Below are positions 25,407-33,122 of a stretch of 58,854 nt of DNA, one piece after another. The stretch comes from Candidatus Omnitrophota bacterium (lineage in GTDB: Bacteria > Omnitrophota > Gorgyraeia > Zapsychrales > JANLHA01): positions 1-58,854 of the forward strand of contig JADLGJ010000087.1 in the NCBI GenBank assembly GCA_020849375.1. The letters run 5' to 3'. Made by a program: the position numbers and the translations under genes. Under the pieces are notes generated by a model that worked only from the letters and a program-made list of their open reading frames with translations, searched no databases and had not been told where the DNA came from. Each line of letters begins with the position of its first letter. The stretch's first letter is position 1.

Positions 25407-25457
25407 TTTATACTATATCTACGCGCTATTTGCAAACTCTCTAAAATACGTTATAAT
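25407..25457. promoter_or_regulatory. candidate back-to-back divergent sigma70-type promoters sharing one palindromic -35 hexamer
   Basis: The palindrome TTGCAA lies at 25430..25435. On the plus strand a 16-nt spacer leads to TATAAT (25452..25457), upstream of the small ORF and dus. On the minus strand a 17-nt spacer leads to TATAAA (25412..25407), 9 nt upstream of the ATG at 25397. Confidence 0.35.
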
Positions 25458-25482
25458 TGTCGCCAATTAAGAGGGTTATGAA

Positions 25483-25677
25483 ATGCCGCACGGTATGGTG
25501 TTGATTTTAGTTTGCCTGGCCCTTTGCTCATGGTTCCTGGTCGTTGATCGGCAAAACTTTATGGAGAAGATATTTATAATTATTGTCGTCATTGTTATCT
25601 ATGCGACTTACCGGGTTTTGACCGGTGCCTCGACAGATAAAATTTTTACCCCGATCATTATCTTTTTTAATACTTAG
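25483..25677 (+). CDS. small (64 aa) two-TM membrane protein, hypothetical
   Basis: The ATG is preceded by AAGAGGG 7 nt upstream. There are two clear hydrophobic helices. The stop lies 4 nt before the dus ATG. I recognise no homology. Confidence 0.4.
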   Translation: MPHGMVLILVCLALCSWFLVVDRQNFMEKIFIIIVVIVIYATYRVLTGASTDKIFTPIIIFFNT

Positions 25678-25681
25678 AATT

Positions 25682-26656
25682 ATGAAAATTGGCTCCATCC
25701 AACTTGACCACCCTCTTTGTCTTGCACCTATGGAAGACGTGACGGATATTTCTTTTCGCCGTATTTCCCGTGAGTTGGGCGCGGACATGGTCTATACGGA
25801 ATTTACGAGCAGTGAAGCGCTGATCCGGGATATTCCTAAAGCTTTACGCAAGATCAAGATTTGTGAGGAAGAGCGCCCTGTCGGCATACAGATCTACGGC
25901 GGCGTTGAAGCGGCCATGGAAGGCGCGGCCAAGGTCGCGGAAAGCTTTAATCCCGACTTTATTGATGTTAATTGCGGCTGCTGGGTCAAAAATCATGTTC
26001 AACGCTGTGAATGTGCGGGTTTGCTTCGCGATATCAAGCAATTTGAGCGTATTGTTTCTGCTACGGTCCGTTCTACAAAACTTCCGGTTACCGTTAAGAC
26101 TCGTTTAGGCTGGGATCAGAATACGATTGTGATCCTTGACGTAGCTCGTATGCTCGAAGCCGTCGGAGTACAAGCATTGACTATTCACTGCCGGACCCGC
26201 GAACAGGGTTACAAAGGTTTGGCTGATTGGCGGTGGTTGGAGCAGATCCGCAAAGCAACTAAGCTTCCGCTGATAGGTAACGGTGATGTCACGACCCCGT
26301 ATGATGTCCGCGCGATGTTCGAGACCGGCTGTGACGGTGTTATGATCGGACGTGGTATTATTTCTAATCCTTTTTTATTTCGTGAAGCCAAGCATTATTT
26401 AGCGACGGGCGAAGTGATGCAGCCGGCGAGCATAGAAGAACGTGTGGCTTTATGCCTTCGTCATTTGTCGTTGAGTATCCAATATAAAGGTTTGAACCGC
26501 GGTGTGGTCGAATTCCGTAAATATTACGTTGGGTATTTCCATGGTTTGCCAAATATTGCAAAATTACGCGCTGATCTGATGCAAATGATGGAACCGGAAG
26601 TTATTAGCAATAGACTTTATCAGTATTTAGAAGAATATTCGGCAGTGACTGTTTAA
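25682..26656 (+). CDS. dus: tRNA-dihydrouridine synthase
   Basis: The start is the ATG at 25682 (MKIGSIQLDHPLCLAPMEDVTD). The product contains DVNCGC and TVKTRLGWD. Its length of about 324 aa is DusB-like. Confidence 0.9.
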   Translation: MKIGSIQLDHPLCLAPMEDVTDISFRRISRELGADMVYTEFTSSEALIRDIPKALRKIKICEEERPVGIQIYGGVEAAMEGAAKVAESFNPDFIDVNCGCWVKNHVQRCECAGLLRDIKQFERIVSATVRSTKLPVTVKTRLGWDQNTIVILDVARMLEAVGVQALTIHCRTREQGYKGLADWRWLEQIRKATKLPLIGNGDVTTPYDVRAMFETGCDGVMIGRGIISNPFLFREAKHYLATGEVMQPASIEERVALCLRHLSLSIQYKGLNRGVVEFRKYYVGYFHGLPNIAKLRADLMQMMEPEVISNRLYQYLEEYSAVTV

Positions 26657-26774
26657 GTGGAGTTGGTATATCCTCCTTGCTCAAACAGTTGATTTTTGTT
26701 TTCTTAAAACAATTTGTAAAATAAAGTATTGGAAAAACAAAAATCAAACTCGCCGGAGGATATACCAACTCCAC
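26657..26774. repeat. 118-nt extended imperfect inverted repeat / hairpin in the dus - disulfide reductase spacer
   Basis: A perfect 20-bp outer stem pairs GTGGAGTTGGTATATCCTCC (26657..26676) with GGAGGATATACCAACTCCAC (26755..26774). A 14-bp inner stem pairs TTGATTTTTGTTTT (26689..26702) with AAAACAAAAATCAA (26734..26747). The structure starts immediately after the dus stop codon. Confidence 0.7.
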
Positions 26775-26788
26775 TTGATTGGATTTCT

Positions 26789-28165
26789 ATGAAAAAGTTT
26801 GATGTGATTGTGATCGGTTCGGGCGGTGGAAGCAAGATCGCTTCCCCAGCCGCAAAATTGGGTCATAAAGTCGCGGTCATTGAAAAAGGCCCGTTGGGCG
26901 GGACCTGCCTTAATCGCGGCTGTATCCCTTCCAAAATGCTCATCCACCCTGCTGAAATCGCGATGACGGTGCGGGAAGCCAAAAAGTTCGATATTCATAA
27001 TGACCCGAAGTTTTCCGTTGATTTTGCCAAATTAGTGCAGCGGATTTCCCAAACTGTTGACAGCGATTCCGCCAGTATCGGTGCCGGCTACCGCCGGAAT
27101 CCGAATATTACCTATTACGCATCTGAAGGAAAATTTGTCAGCAATAAGGTCATTGAGGTCGCCGGCGAGCAGATCACCGCGGAGAAGATTTTTATCACTG
27201 TCGGCGCCCGTCCCCAGATCCCAAGCCTTCCTGGATTAGCGGGAACACCGTTTATGACATCAACTGGGGCTTTGCGGAATACCACTTTGCCAAAAAAGCT
27301 GATCGTTTTGGGAGGGGGTTATATCGCGACTGAATTGGGTTTTGCTTACGCCGCGTTTGGGACCGAAGTCCATTTTATTGTTCGCAGTACGCTCTTGCGT
27401 CATGAGGACGATCAGATAGCTGTAGAATTTCAAAGAGAATTTTCTAAATTCCATCATGTTCATATTCATGCGGTAACGAACCGTGTCGCTTATCAAAATG
27501 GAACGTTCACGGTTTTTTATAGACAGGACGGCGCAGAGAAACAGATCAGCGCAGAAAGTTTATTAGTGGCAACCGGTATTATTCCGAATACGGATACGTT
27601 AAATTTAGCGAGTACGGATATTCAATTGGACAAAAACGGTTTTGTGAAAGTTGATGATCATTTATGTACAAATGTCGAGGGAGTTTATGCTTTCGGCGAT
27701 TGCATTGGCCGCTATCTTTACCGGCATAGTGCGAATTTTGAAGGGGAATATCTTTTTGAAAATGTGTTCGTAAATCCTTCTGATGCTCCGATTAAATATC
27801 CGCCCGTTCCCCACGCTGTTTTTTCTTATCCGCAGATCGCCGGGGTTGGGTTGACTGAAGAAGATGCCAAAGCGGCCGGTATTGATTATGCCGTCGGCGT
27901 AAATAATTATATCAATAGCGGCATGGGCATGGCTTTATTGTCGGACAGCGGTTTTGTGAAGATCTTAATCGAACGGGACACGCGCAAGATCATCGGGGCC
28001 CATATTATCGGGCCGGAAGCGTCGGATATGATTCACATGCTGATCGCTTTTATGAGCAAGCAAGGCACACTTGATGATTTATTGGGTATGATCTATATTC
28101 ACCCTGCTTTACCGGAAATCGTCCGTAATGCAGCGCGTAAGGCAAAAATGGCTTTAGATACGTGA
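26789..28165 (+). CDS. FAD/NAD(P)H pyridine-nucleotide disulfide oxidoreductase (mycothione-reductase / Lpd-like class I)
   Basis: The start is the ATG at 26789 (MKKFDVIVIGSGGG). The redox-active site is GGTCLNRGCIPSK, and the C-terminal interface motif is YIHPALPEIV. Confidence 0.85.
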   Translation: MKKFDVIVIGSGGGSKIASPAAKLGHKVAVIEKGPLGGTCLNRGCIPSKMLIHPAEIAMTVREAKKFDIHNDPKFSVDFAKLVQRISQTVDSDSASIGAGYRRNPNITYYASEGKFVSNKVIEVAGEQITAEKIFITVGARPQIPSLPGLAGTPFMTSTGALRNTTLPKKLIVLGGGYIATELGFAYAAFGTEVHFIVRSTLLRHEDDQIAVEFQREFSKFHHVHIHAVTNRVAYQNGTFTVFYRQDGAEKQISAESLLVATGIIPNTDTLNLASTDIQLDKNGFVKVDDHLCTNVEGVYAFGDCIGRYLYRHSANFEGEYLFENVFVNPSDAPIKYPPVPHAVFSYPQIAGVGLTEEDAKAAGIDYAVGVNNYINSGMGMALLSDSGFVKILIERDTRKIIGAHIIGPEASDMIHMLIAFMSKQGTLDDLLGMIYIHPALPEIVRNAARKAKMALDT

Positions 28166-28181
28166 TCTGTAAAGGATTAAG

Positions 28182-28910
28182 ATGCGCAACTCCGACATTG
28201 CGGTTTCGATTAAAAATCTCACCAAATTCTACGGTGACCTTAAAGCGCTCGACAATGTTAATTTTGAGGTCAAGCGCGGCGACTTCTTTGCTTTTTTGGG
28301 GCCTAACGGCGCCGGAAAAACCACGACCATCAATATTTTGACCGGGCTGTCCAATTATAACGCCGGTGAGGTCCGCGTCTTCGGTTACAACACGACGATC
28401 GAATATCAGCAAACCCGCCGCCTCTTGGGCCTTTGCGCGCAGGAATTTAATTTTGACCCCTTCCTCACCATTCACCAGCTTTTAGTTTATCAGGCGGGAT
28501 ATTTTGGCATCACTCCCGGGAGCGCGTCTAAACGTGCTGATGAACTTTTGGCGCGGTTTCAATTGACCGAAAAACGTAATTGCAAGCACCGCGCTTTGTC
28601 CGGCGGGATGAAAAAACGCCTGCTTCTCTGCCGCGCCTTGATCCATGACCCGGAAGTTTTGATCCTGGATGAACCGACTGCGGGTTGTGACCTTGAGTTG
28701 AAATATTTGATATGGGATTATTTGGCCCAGTTGAACAATGAAGGCAAGACGATCTTCTTGACGACACATAATATGGAAGAAGCGGAAAAACTTTGTAAGA
28801 CCATCGGGATCATTAACCAGGGCCGTATCGTCCGCATCGGCGAAAAACGGGCTGTCTTGCAGGATAAGTCGTTAGAAGATGTTTTTTTGGAAGTCACGGG
28901 GGGCGAATAA
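28182..28910 (+). CDS. ABC transporter ATP-binding protein (ABC-2 subfamily)
   Basis: The product has Walker A GPNGAGKTT, the signature LSGGMKKRL and Walker B LILDEPTAG. Confidence 0.9.
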   Translation: MRNSDIAVSIKNLTKFYGDLKALDNVNFEVKRGDFFAFLGPNGAGKTTTINILTGLSNYNAGEVRVFGYNTTIEYQQTRRLLGLCAQEFNFDPFLTIHQLLVYQAGYFGITPGSASKRADELLARFQLTEKRNCKHRALSGGMKKRLLLCRALIHDPEVLILDEPTAGCDLELKYLIWDYLAQLNNEGKTIFLTTHNMEEAEKLCKTIGIINQGRIVRIGEKRAVLQDKSLEDVFLEVTGGE

Positions 28911-29684
28911 ATGCTGATCACCAATCCGGTCGGGGTTCTCTCATTATCGAAACGCGAAATTTTGCGGTTCATTTCACTCGCGAACCAAACTGTTTTCCCG
29001 CCGATCGTCAGCTCGACGTTATTTATGTATATCTTCGGTGTGGCTTTGGGAAGCCGCATTGATTTCGGCTTGAGCGGCATAACGTATTTGGGCTTCATTG
29101 TCCCAGGATTAATGACCATGCATTTGATTTCCAGTTCTTACGAGAATACGAGTTCCTCCCTTTTTATCGCTCGTTGGCACAATCATATTCAGGAAGTTCT
29201 TCTCTCTCCTCTTTCCTATTTTGAAATGGTGTTGGGCCTTTTGGCCGGCGGGGTCGCTCGTGGCGTTGTTGTCCTTCTCGGCGTCTATGTAAGTTCCCTC
29301 ATCTTTACGCCGATCCCGATCGCGCATCCCTTCATTTTGACGTATTTTATTTTAATGATCGCGATGATCTTTTCTTGTGCGGGGATGTTGGGCGCTTTGT
29401 GGGCGGAAGATTTCGGTATGCTTAGCGTATGGAATGTTTATTTGATCATTCCGCTTGTCCTTTTGGGCGGGGTTTTTCATCCGATTGACATGCTTCCTGA
29501 GCCGGTGCAGGTCCTTTCGCAGTTCAACCCGATGTTTTATTTGGTCCAAGGCATCCGTTTTAGTGTGACCGGCATGATCCAGACATCGCTCGTGAGTTGT
29601 ATCCTCGTCGCGTTGATCATGGCGTTGTTCTCTTTTTACATGGCCGTTTATCTTTTTAAGATCGGGTATAAATTGAGGGTGTAA
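28911..29684 (+). CDS. ABC-2 type transporter permease
   Basis: The 257-aa product has six TM segments. It starts directly at the ATPase stop. Confidence 0.8.
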   Translation: MLITNPVGVLSLSKREILRFISLANQTVFPPIVSSTLFMYIFGVALGSRIDFGLSGITYLGFIVPGLMTMHLISSSYENTSSSLFIARWHNHIQEVLLSPLSYFEMVLGLLAGGVARGVVVLLGVYVSSLIFTPIPIAHPFILTYFILMIAMIFSCAGMLGALWAEDFGMLSVWNVYLIIPLVLLGGVFHPIDMLPEPVQVLSQFNPMFYLVQGIRFSVTGMIQTSLVSCILVALIMALFSFYMAVYLFKIGYKLRV

Positions 29685-29701
29685 AAAAGTAGGGACGTCT
29701 G

Positions 29702-29965
29702 CTATTTTTCTTCCGGGCTTAACGCGGTGATCGCTAACGCATGCACCTGCCCTCTTAATTGCGCGTCCAAGATCTTATAGATCATCCGATGCCGTTTAAT
29801 CCGGCTTTTCCCACTGAATTTCGCTGAAACGATCTTAAGGTCAAAATGAGTTCCCCCCGCCTTTGCCGCTTCATTATGCCCCGCATGACTGGCGCTTTGA
29901 TCGGTCAAATTGATATGCGCCGGCTGCAGATGTTCGCTGAGTAATTTCAAAATGGTTTCTTTCAT
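29702..29965 (-). CDS. BolA family protein
   Basis: The 87-aa product contains L.DQSASHAGH......GTHFDLKIVSAKFSGKSRIKRHRMIY..L......VHALAI. Confidence 0.8.
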   Translation of the reverse strand: MKETILKLLSEHLQPAHINLTDQSASHAGHNEAAKAGGTHFDLKIVSAKFSGKSRIKRHRMIYKILDAQLRGQVHALAITALSPEEK

Positions 29966-30030
29966 TCCCGCATTGTACAGACAACTTTTACGCTCGACAA
30001 TTGAAATGATTTATTGCATAATGACTGCCA

Positions 30031-31326
30031 ATGAACACCGATACCGCGAAAAATAATATCTATATTAATCCGCTGATCCTCAGTCGTATCAAAGCCAAGC
30101 AGACCGCGATCCATACGTGGTTAAACAGCCTTGAAGGCAGCAATGAGCTTCCGCTCTATTCGTCGGTGGATGTCCGTGACGCCGGGTTTAAGATCTCGGT
30201 CGTGGACACGAATATTTTTCCAGCCGGCTTTAATAATCTTTGTGAACATGGGCTCGAAGACGTGGTCGGTTTGATGAAAGCCGCCATTCTTAAACGCGTT
30301 CCCAAGTGCCAGGATATCCTCATCATCGCCGAGGAACATACCCGCAATACATGGTATTTGGAGAACATCCGTATTTTAGAGGAGATCATTACCAAGGCTG
30401 GATTTAATGCGAAGATCGCCACCTTTCTTTCGATGCAGCCGGATTTCTGTGAGAACGCCAACTACGCTGAGTTGGAAACCGCGACTGGCAAACCGGTACG
30501 TATATTTTGTTTGAAAAAACTTCTAAAGAAATTTGAAGACGGTTTACAAAATTACGACCTCATCATTTTGAACAATGACTTAAGCACCGGGATCCCGGAG
30601 ATCTTAAAGAACGCCAAGATCCCCATCTACCCTTCTATTCAGGCAGGATGGCATTCACGTCAAAAGTCGCATCATTTCAAACTGACACAAGAGTTGATGG
30701 AAGAATTTGCGCGCATCATCGATCTCGACCCATGGCTTTTTAGCGCGTATCACGAGATCGTTGATAATGTCGATGTTAATGAAGAAGCTGATCGCAAAAG
30801 AATGTTCGGCGCCGCAACGGTCCTTTTTGACCGTATTGCGCATAAATATCAAAGAGAAAATATCAATGAGAAGCCCTATATCGTTGTAAAGTCCGATAAC
30901 GGAACTTACGGCATGGGCGTCATGGCGGTTGAAAATCCGCAAGAGATCTTAGATCTTAATCGTAAGGAAAAAAATAAATTACACGTTGGGAAGGGTTCGC
31001 AGGTCATTGACCGCTACCTCTTGCAGGAAGGTGTTCCGACGATCCACAATATTGATAATCTTGTTAGTGAGATCTGCCTTTATCAGATCGATAATCACAT
31101 GGTCGGCGGGTTTTATCGCTCTCATGCTCAAAAAAGCGGCCGCGAAAATCTTAATTCGCAGGGCGCGGAATTCAAGCGCATGTGCCCTCATTTAAAGAAA
31201 TACGGTTGGGGCGACTGTTGTGCCCATGATGATATCAATGCCTTTGACGTTTACCGTATCCTCGCGCGTATCGCCGGGATCGCAGCACATCGTGAAATTG
31301 TTCAACTTGAGGCTAACGCGAAATGA
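30031..31326 (+). CDS. gshA: putative glutamate--cysteine ligase (TIGR02049-type, about 430 aa)
   Basis: The size fits, and the stop makes an ATGA overlap with gshB. YSSVDVRDAGFKISVVDTNIFPAGFNNL and YIVVKSDNGTYGMGV resemble the small proteobacterial gshA family as I remember it. The call leans on context. Confidence 0.6.
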   Translation: MNTDTAKNNIYINPLILSRIKAKQTAIHTWLNSLEGSNELPLYSSVDVRDAGFKISVVDTNIFPAGFNNLCEHGLEDVVGLMKAAILKRVPKCQDILIIAEEHTRNTWYLENIRILEEIITKAGFNAKIATFLSMQPDFCENANYAELETATGKPVRIFCLKKLLKKFEDGLQNYDLIILNNDLSTGIPEILKNAKIPIYPSIQAGWHSRQKSHHFKLTQELMEEFARIIDLDPWLFSAYHEIVDNVDVNEEADRKRMFGAATVLFDRIAHKYQRENINEKPYIVVKSDNGTYGMGVMAVENPQEILDLNRKEKNKLHVGKGSQVIDRYLLQEGVPTIHNIDNLVSEICLYQIDNHMVGGFYRSHAQKSGRENLNSQGAEFKRMCPHLKKYGWGDCCAHDDINAFDVYRILARIAGIAAHREIVQLEANAK

Positions 31327-32273
31327 AATTTGTCTTTCTGATGGATCCCTTGGAAACCGTGATCTTTGAAAAAGACACGACCTTTGCTTTGATGCTCGGC
31401 GCAAAAGCGGCCGGCCACGACGTTTATTTCTTGCCGGCGAACGGTATCACACTTAAGAACGGTAAAATTATTTTTCATTCGACTAAGGTCGTTCCGCAAA
31501 GGATTAAAAGTAAACCTTTCGTTATTAAACAAAAAATTGATCTTCCTGCGGAAACGGTTGATGCCGTTTTTGTCCGTACCGACCCTCCTTTCGATGATGA
31601 GTATTTGATGCACACCTGGCTTTTGGACCGCCTTCCTTCTAAAGTTGTGGTCTTTAATAGCGCCCGCGGCATCCGCACGGTTAATGAAAAAGTTTGGGCA
31701 ACACAGTTCAAGAGTCTTCTGCCGCCGACGATCGTGAGCCGTGATCGTGCCGAGCTATTAAAATTTATCAGTAAAGAAAAAGATGTTGTTGCCAAGCCGA
31801 CCAATGGCCATGGCGGACGCGCGGTTTTTCGGGTTAAATTCGGTGATACCAATACAAATGTTATTTTGGAAACACTAAGCGGAAGATTTGGCGTCGAGAT
31901 TATTTTGCAGAAATATATCCCTGCGGCGAAAAAGGGCGATAAGCGTATTCTGCTTCTAAACGGCGAACCGATTGGCGCGGTTTTGCGTGTCCATGCGAAG
32001 GATGATCACCGCAATAATTTCTTTTCCGGAGGGAAAGCACAACCCGCGAAGATCACCGCCCGCGATCAGGAAGTGATCGGCGTTTTGCGGCCGCATTTGC
32101 GGGAGCTTGGATTGTATTTTGTCGGGATTGACATGTTGGGCGACTATTTAACCGAAGTTAATGTCACCTCTCCGACCTGCTTGCAGGAAATGAACCATTT
32201 TTCAGGGCAGCATTTAGAAAACCAGGTGATCGCTTTTGTCGAAACGCTCGTGCGCGACAGGCAATCCCGTTAA
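31323..32273 (+). CDS. gshB: glutathione synthetase (ATP-grasp)
   Basis: MKFVFLMDPLE.....KDTTFALMLGA...GH resembles the prokaryotic GshB N-domain. VAKPTNGHGGRAVF, ILQKYIP and GDKRILLLNGEPIGA are also present. Confidence 0.9.
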   Translation: MKFVFLMDPLETVIFEKDTTFALMLGAKAAGHDVYFLPANGITLKNGKIIFHSTKVVPQRIKSKPFVIKQKIDLPAETVDAVFVRTDPPFDDEYLMHTWLLDRLPSKVVVFNSARGIRTVNEKVWATQFKSLLPPTIVSRDRAELLKFISKEKDVVAKPTNGHGGRAVFRVKFGDTNTNVILETLSGRFGVEIILQKYIPAAKKGDKRILLLNGEPIGAVLRVHAKDDHRNNFFSGGKAQPAKITARDQEVIGVLRPHLRELGLYFVGIDMLGDYLTEVNVTSPTCLQEMNHFSGQHLENQVIAFVETLVRDRQSR

Positions 32274-32286
32274 TTGAAAGGTATTT

Positions 32287-32538
32287 ATGACCGATCTCAC
32301 GCTTTATTACATGCCCACCTGCCCTTTTTGTCAAAAGGTCATCACGTTTATGAAAAAGAATGATATTGAAATACCGATGAAAGACATTAACGAAGGGGAA
32401 AACCGCCAGGGATTACTCATGCTCGGTGGTAAAACGCAGGTTCCCTGCCTGGTCATCGATGGGAAAGCCATGTATGAATCGGACGATATTATTACGTGGT
32501 TTAAGGACAATGCTAAAAAACTAAAGCAGGCGTTTTAA
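32287..32538 (+). CDS. dithiol glutaredoxin
   Basis: The 83-aa product contains YYMPTCPFCQKV and TQVPCLVIDGK. Confidence 0.8.
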   Translation: MTDLTLYYMPTCPFCQKVITFMKKNDIEIPMKDINEGENRQGLLMLGGKTQVPCLVIDGKAMYESDDIITWFKDNAKKLKQAF

Positions 32539-32799
32539 ATGACCGTCGCAGAAGTCCAGCAACAGATCGCATCACTTGTTCCGCAGTCAACGGTCTACGT
32601 TTTGGATCCGATGAATGACGGTCAGCATTTGCAGGCGATCGTAATCAGTCCGGTTTTTGAAGGGATGCCGCTTATCAAGCAACATCAAATGATCATGAAG
32701 CCGCTTAAGGAAACATTGCAGCACCAGGTTCATGCTTTAGGGTTAAAAACATTCACACCGGCGAAGTGGGAAGCCGTAAAAAACGATTATCAGTTATAA
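32539..32799 (+). CDS. BolA/IbaG-like protein
   Basis: The 86-aa product contains DGQHLQAIVISPVFEGMPLIKQHQMI...L.....VHALGLKTFTP. It starts at the Grx stop. Confidence 0.65.
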   Translation: MTVAEVQQQIASLVPQSTVYVLDPMNDGQHLQAIVISPVFEGMPLIKQHQMIMKPLKETLQHQVHALGLKTFTPAKWEAVKNDYQL

Positions 32800-32810
32800 C
32801 GGAGGTTATC

Positions 32811-33119
32811 ATGGACGCACAATTACAGAAAAAGATCGAAGATCTCTTAAAAGGTAACAAGATCATCCTTTTTATGAAAGGCACTCCTGAGATGCCGCAA
32901 TGCGGATTTTCGGCGAAGACCGCCACGATCCTCAAAGGTTACGGCATTCCATTTAACACTTTTAATATTTTTGATGATGAAGATATTCGCCAAGGGCTGA
33001 AAGAATATTCCGATTGGCCCACCTATCCGCAATTGTACGTCAACGGCGAACTCGTTGGCGGTTGTGACATCGTCACCGAATTGCACGAAAACGGCGAATT
33101 AGGGGCAATGCTAAAGTAA
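32811..33119 (+). CDS. grxD: monothiol glutaredoxin (Grx4/GrxD, CGFS type)
   Basis: The start is the ATG at 32811. The product contains ILFMKGTPEMPQCGFS and WPTYPQLYVNGELVGGCDI. Confidence 0.9.
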   Translation: MDAQLQKKIEDLLKGNKIILFMKGTPEMPQCGFSAKTATILKGYGIPFNTFNIFDDEDIRQGLKEYSDWPTYPQLYVNGELVGGCDIVTELHENGELGAMLK

Positions 33120-33122
33120 AAT

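Noticed and set aside
26657-26774. The large inverted repeat might be a MITE or an insertion-sequence remnant.
   Set aside because: There is no target-site duplication (flanks ..TTTAA versus TTGAT..), no second copy in the window and no transposase. I kept it as a structural finding only. Copy number must be checked genome-wide.
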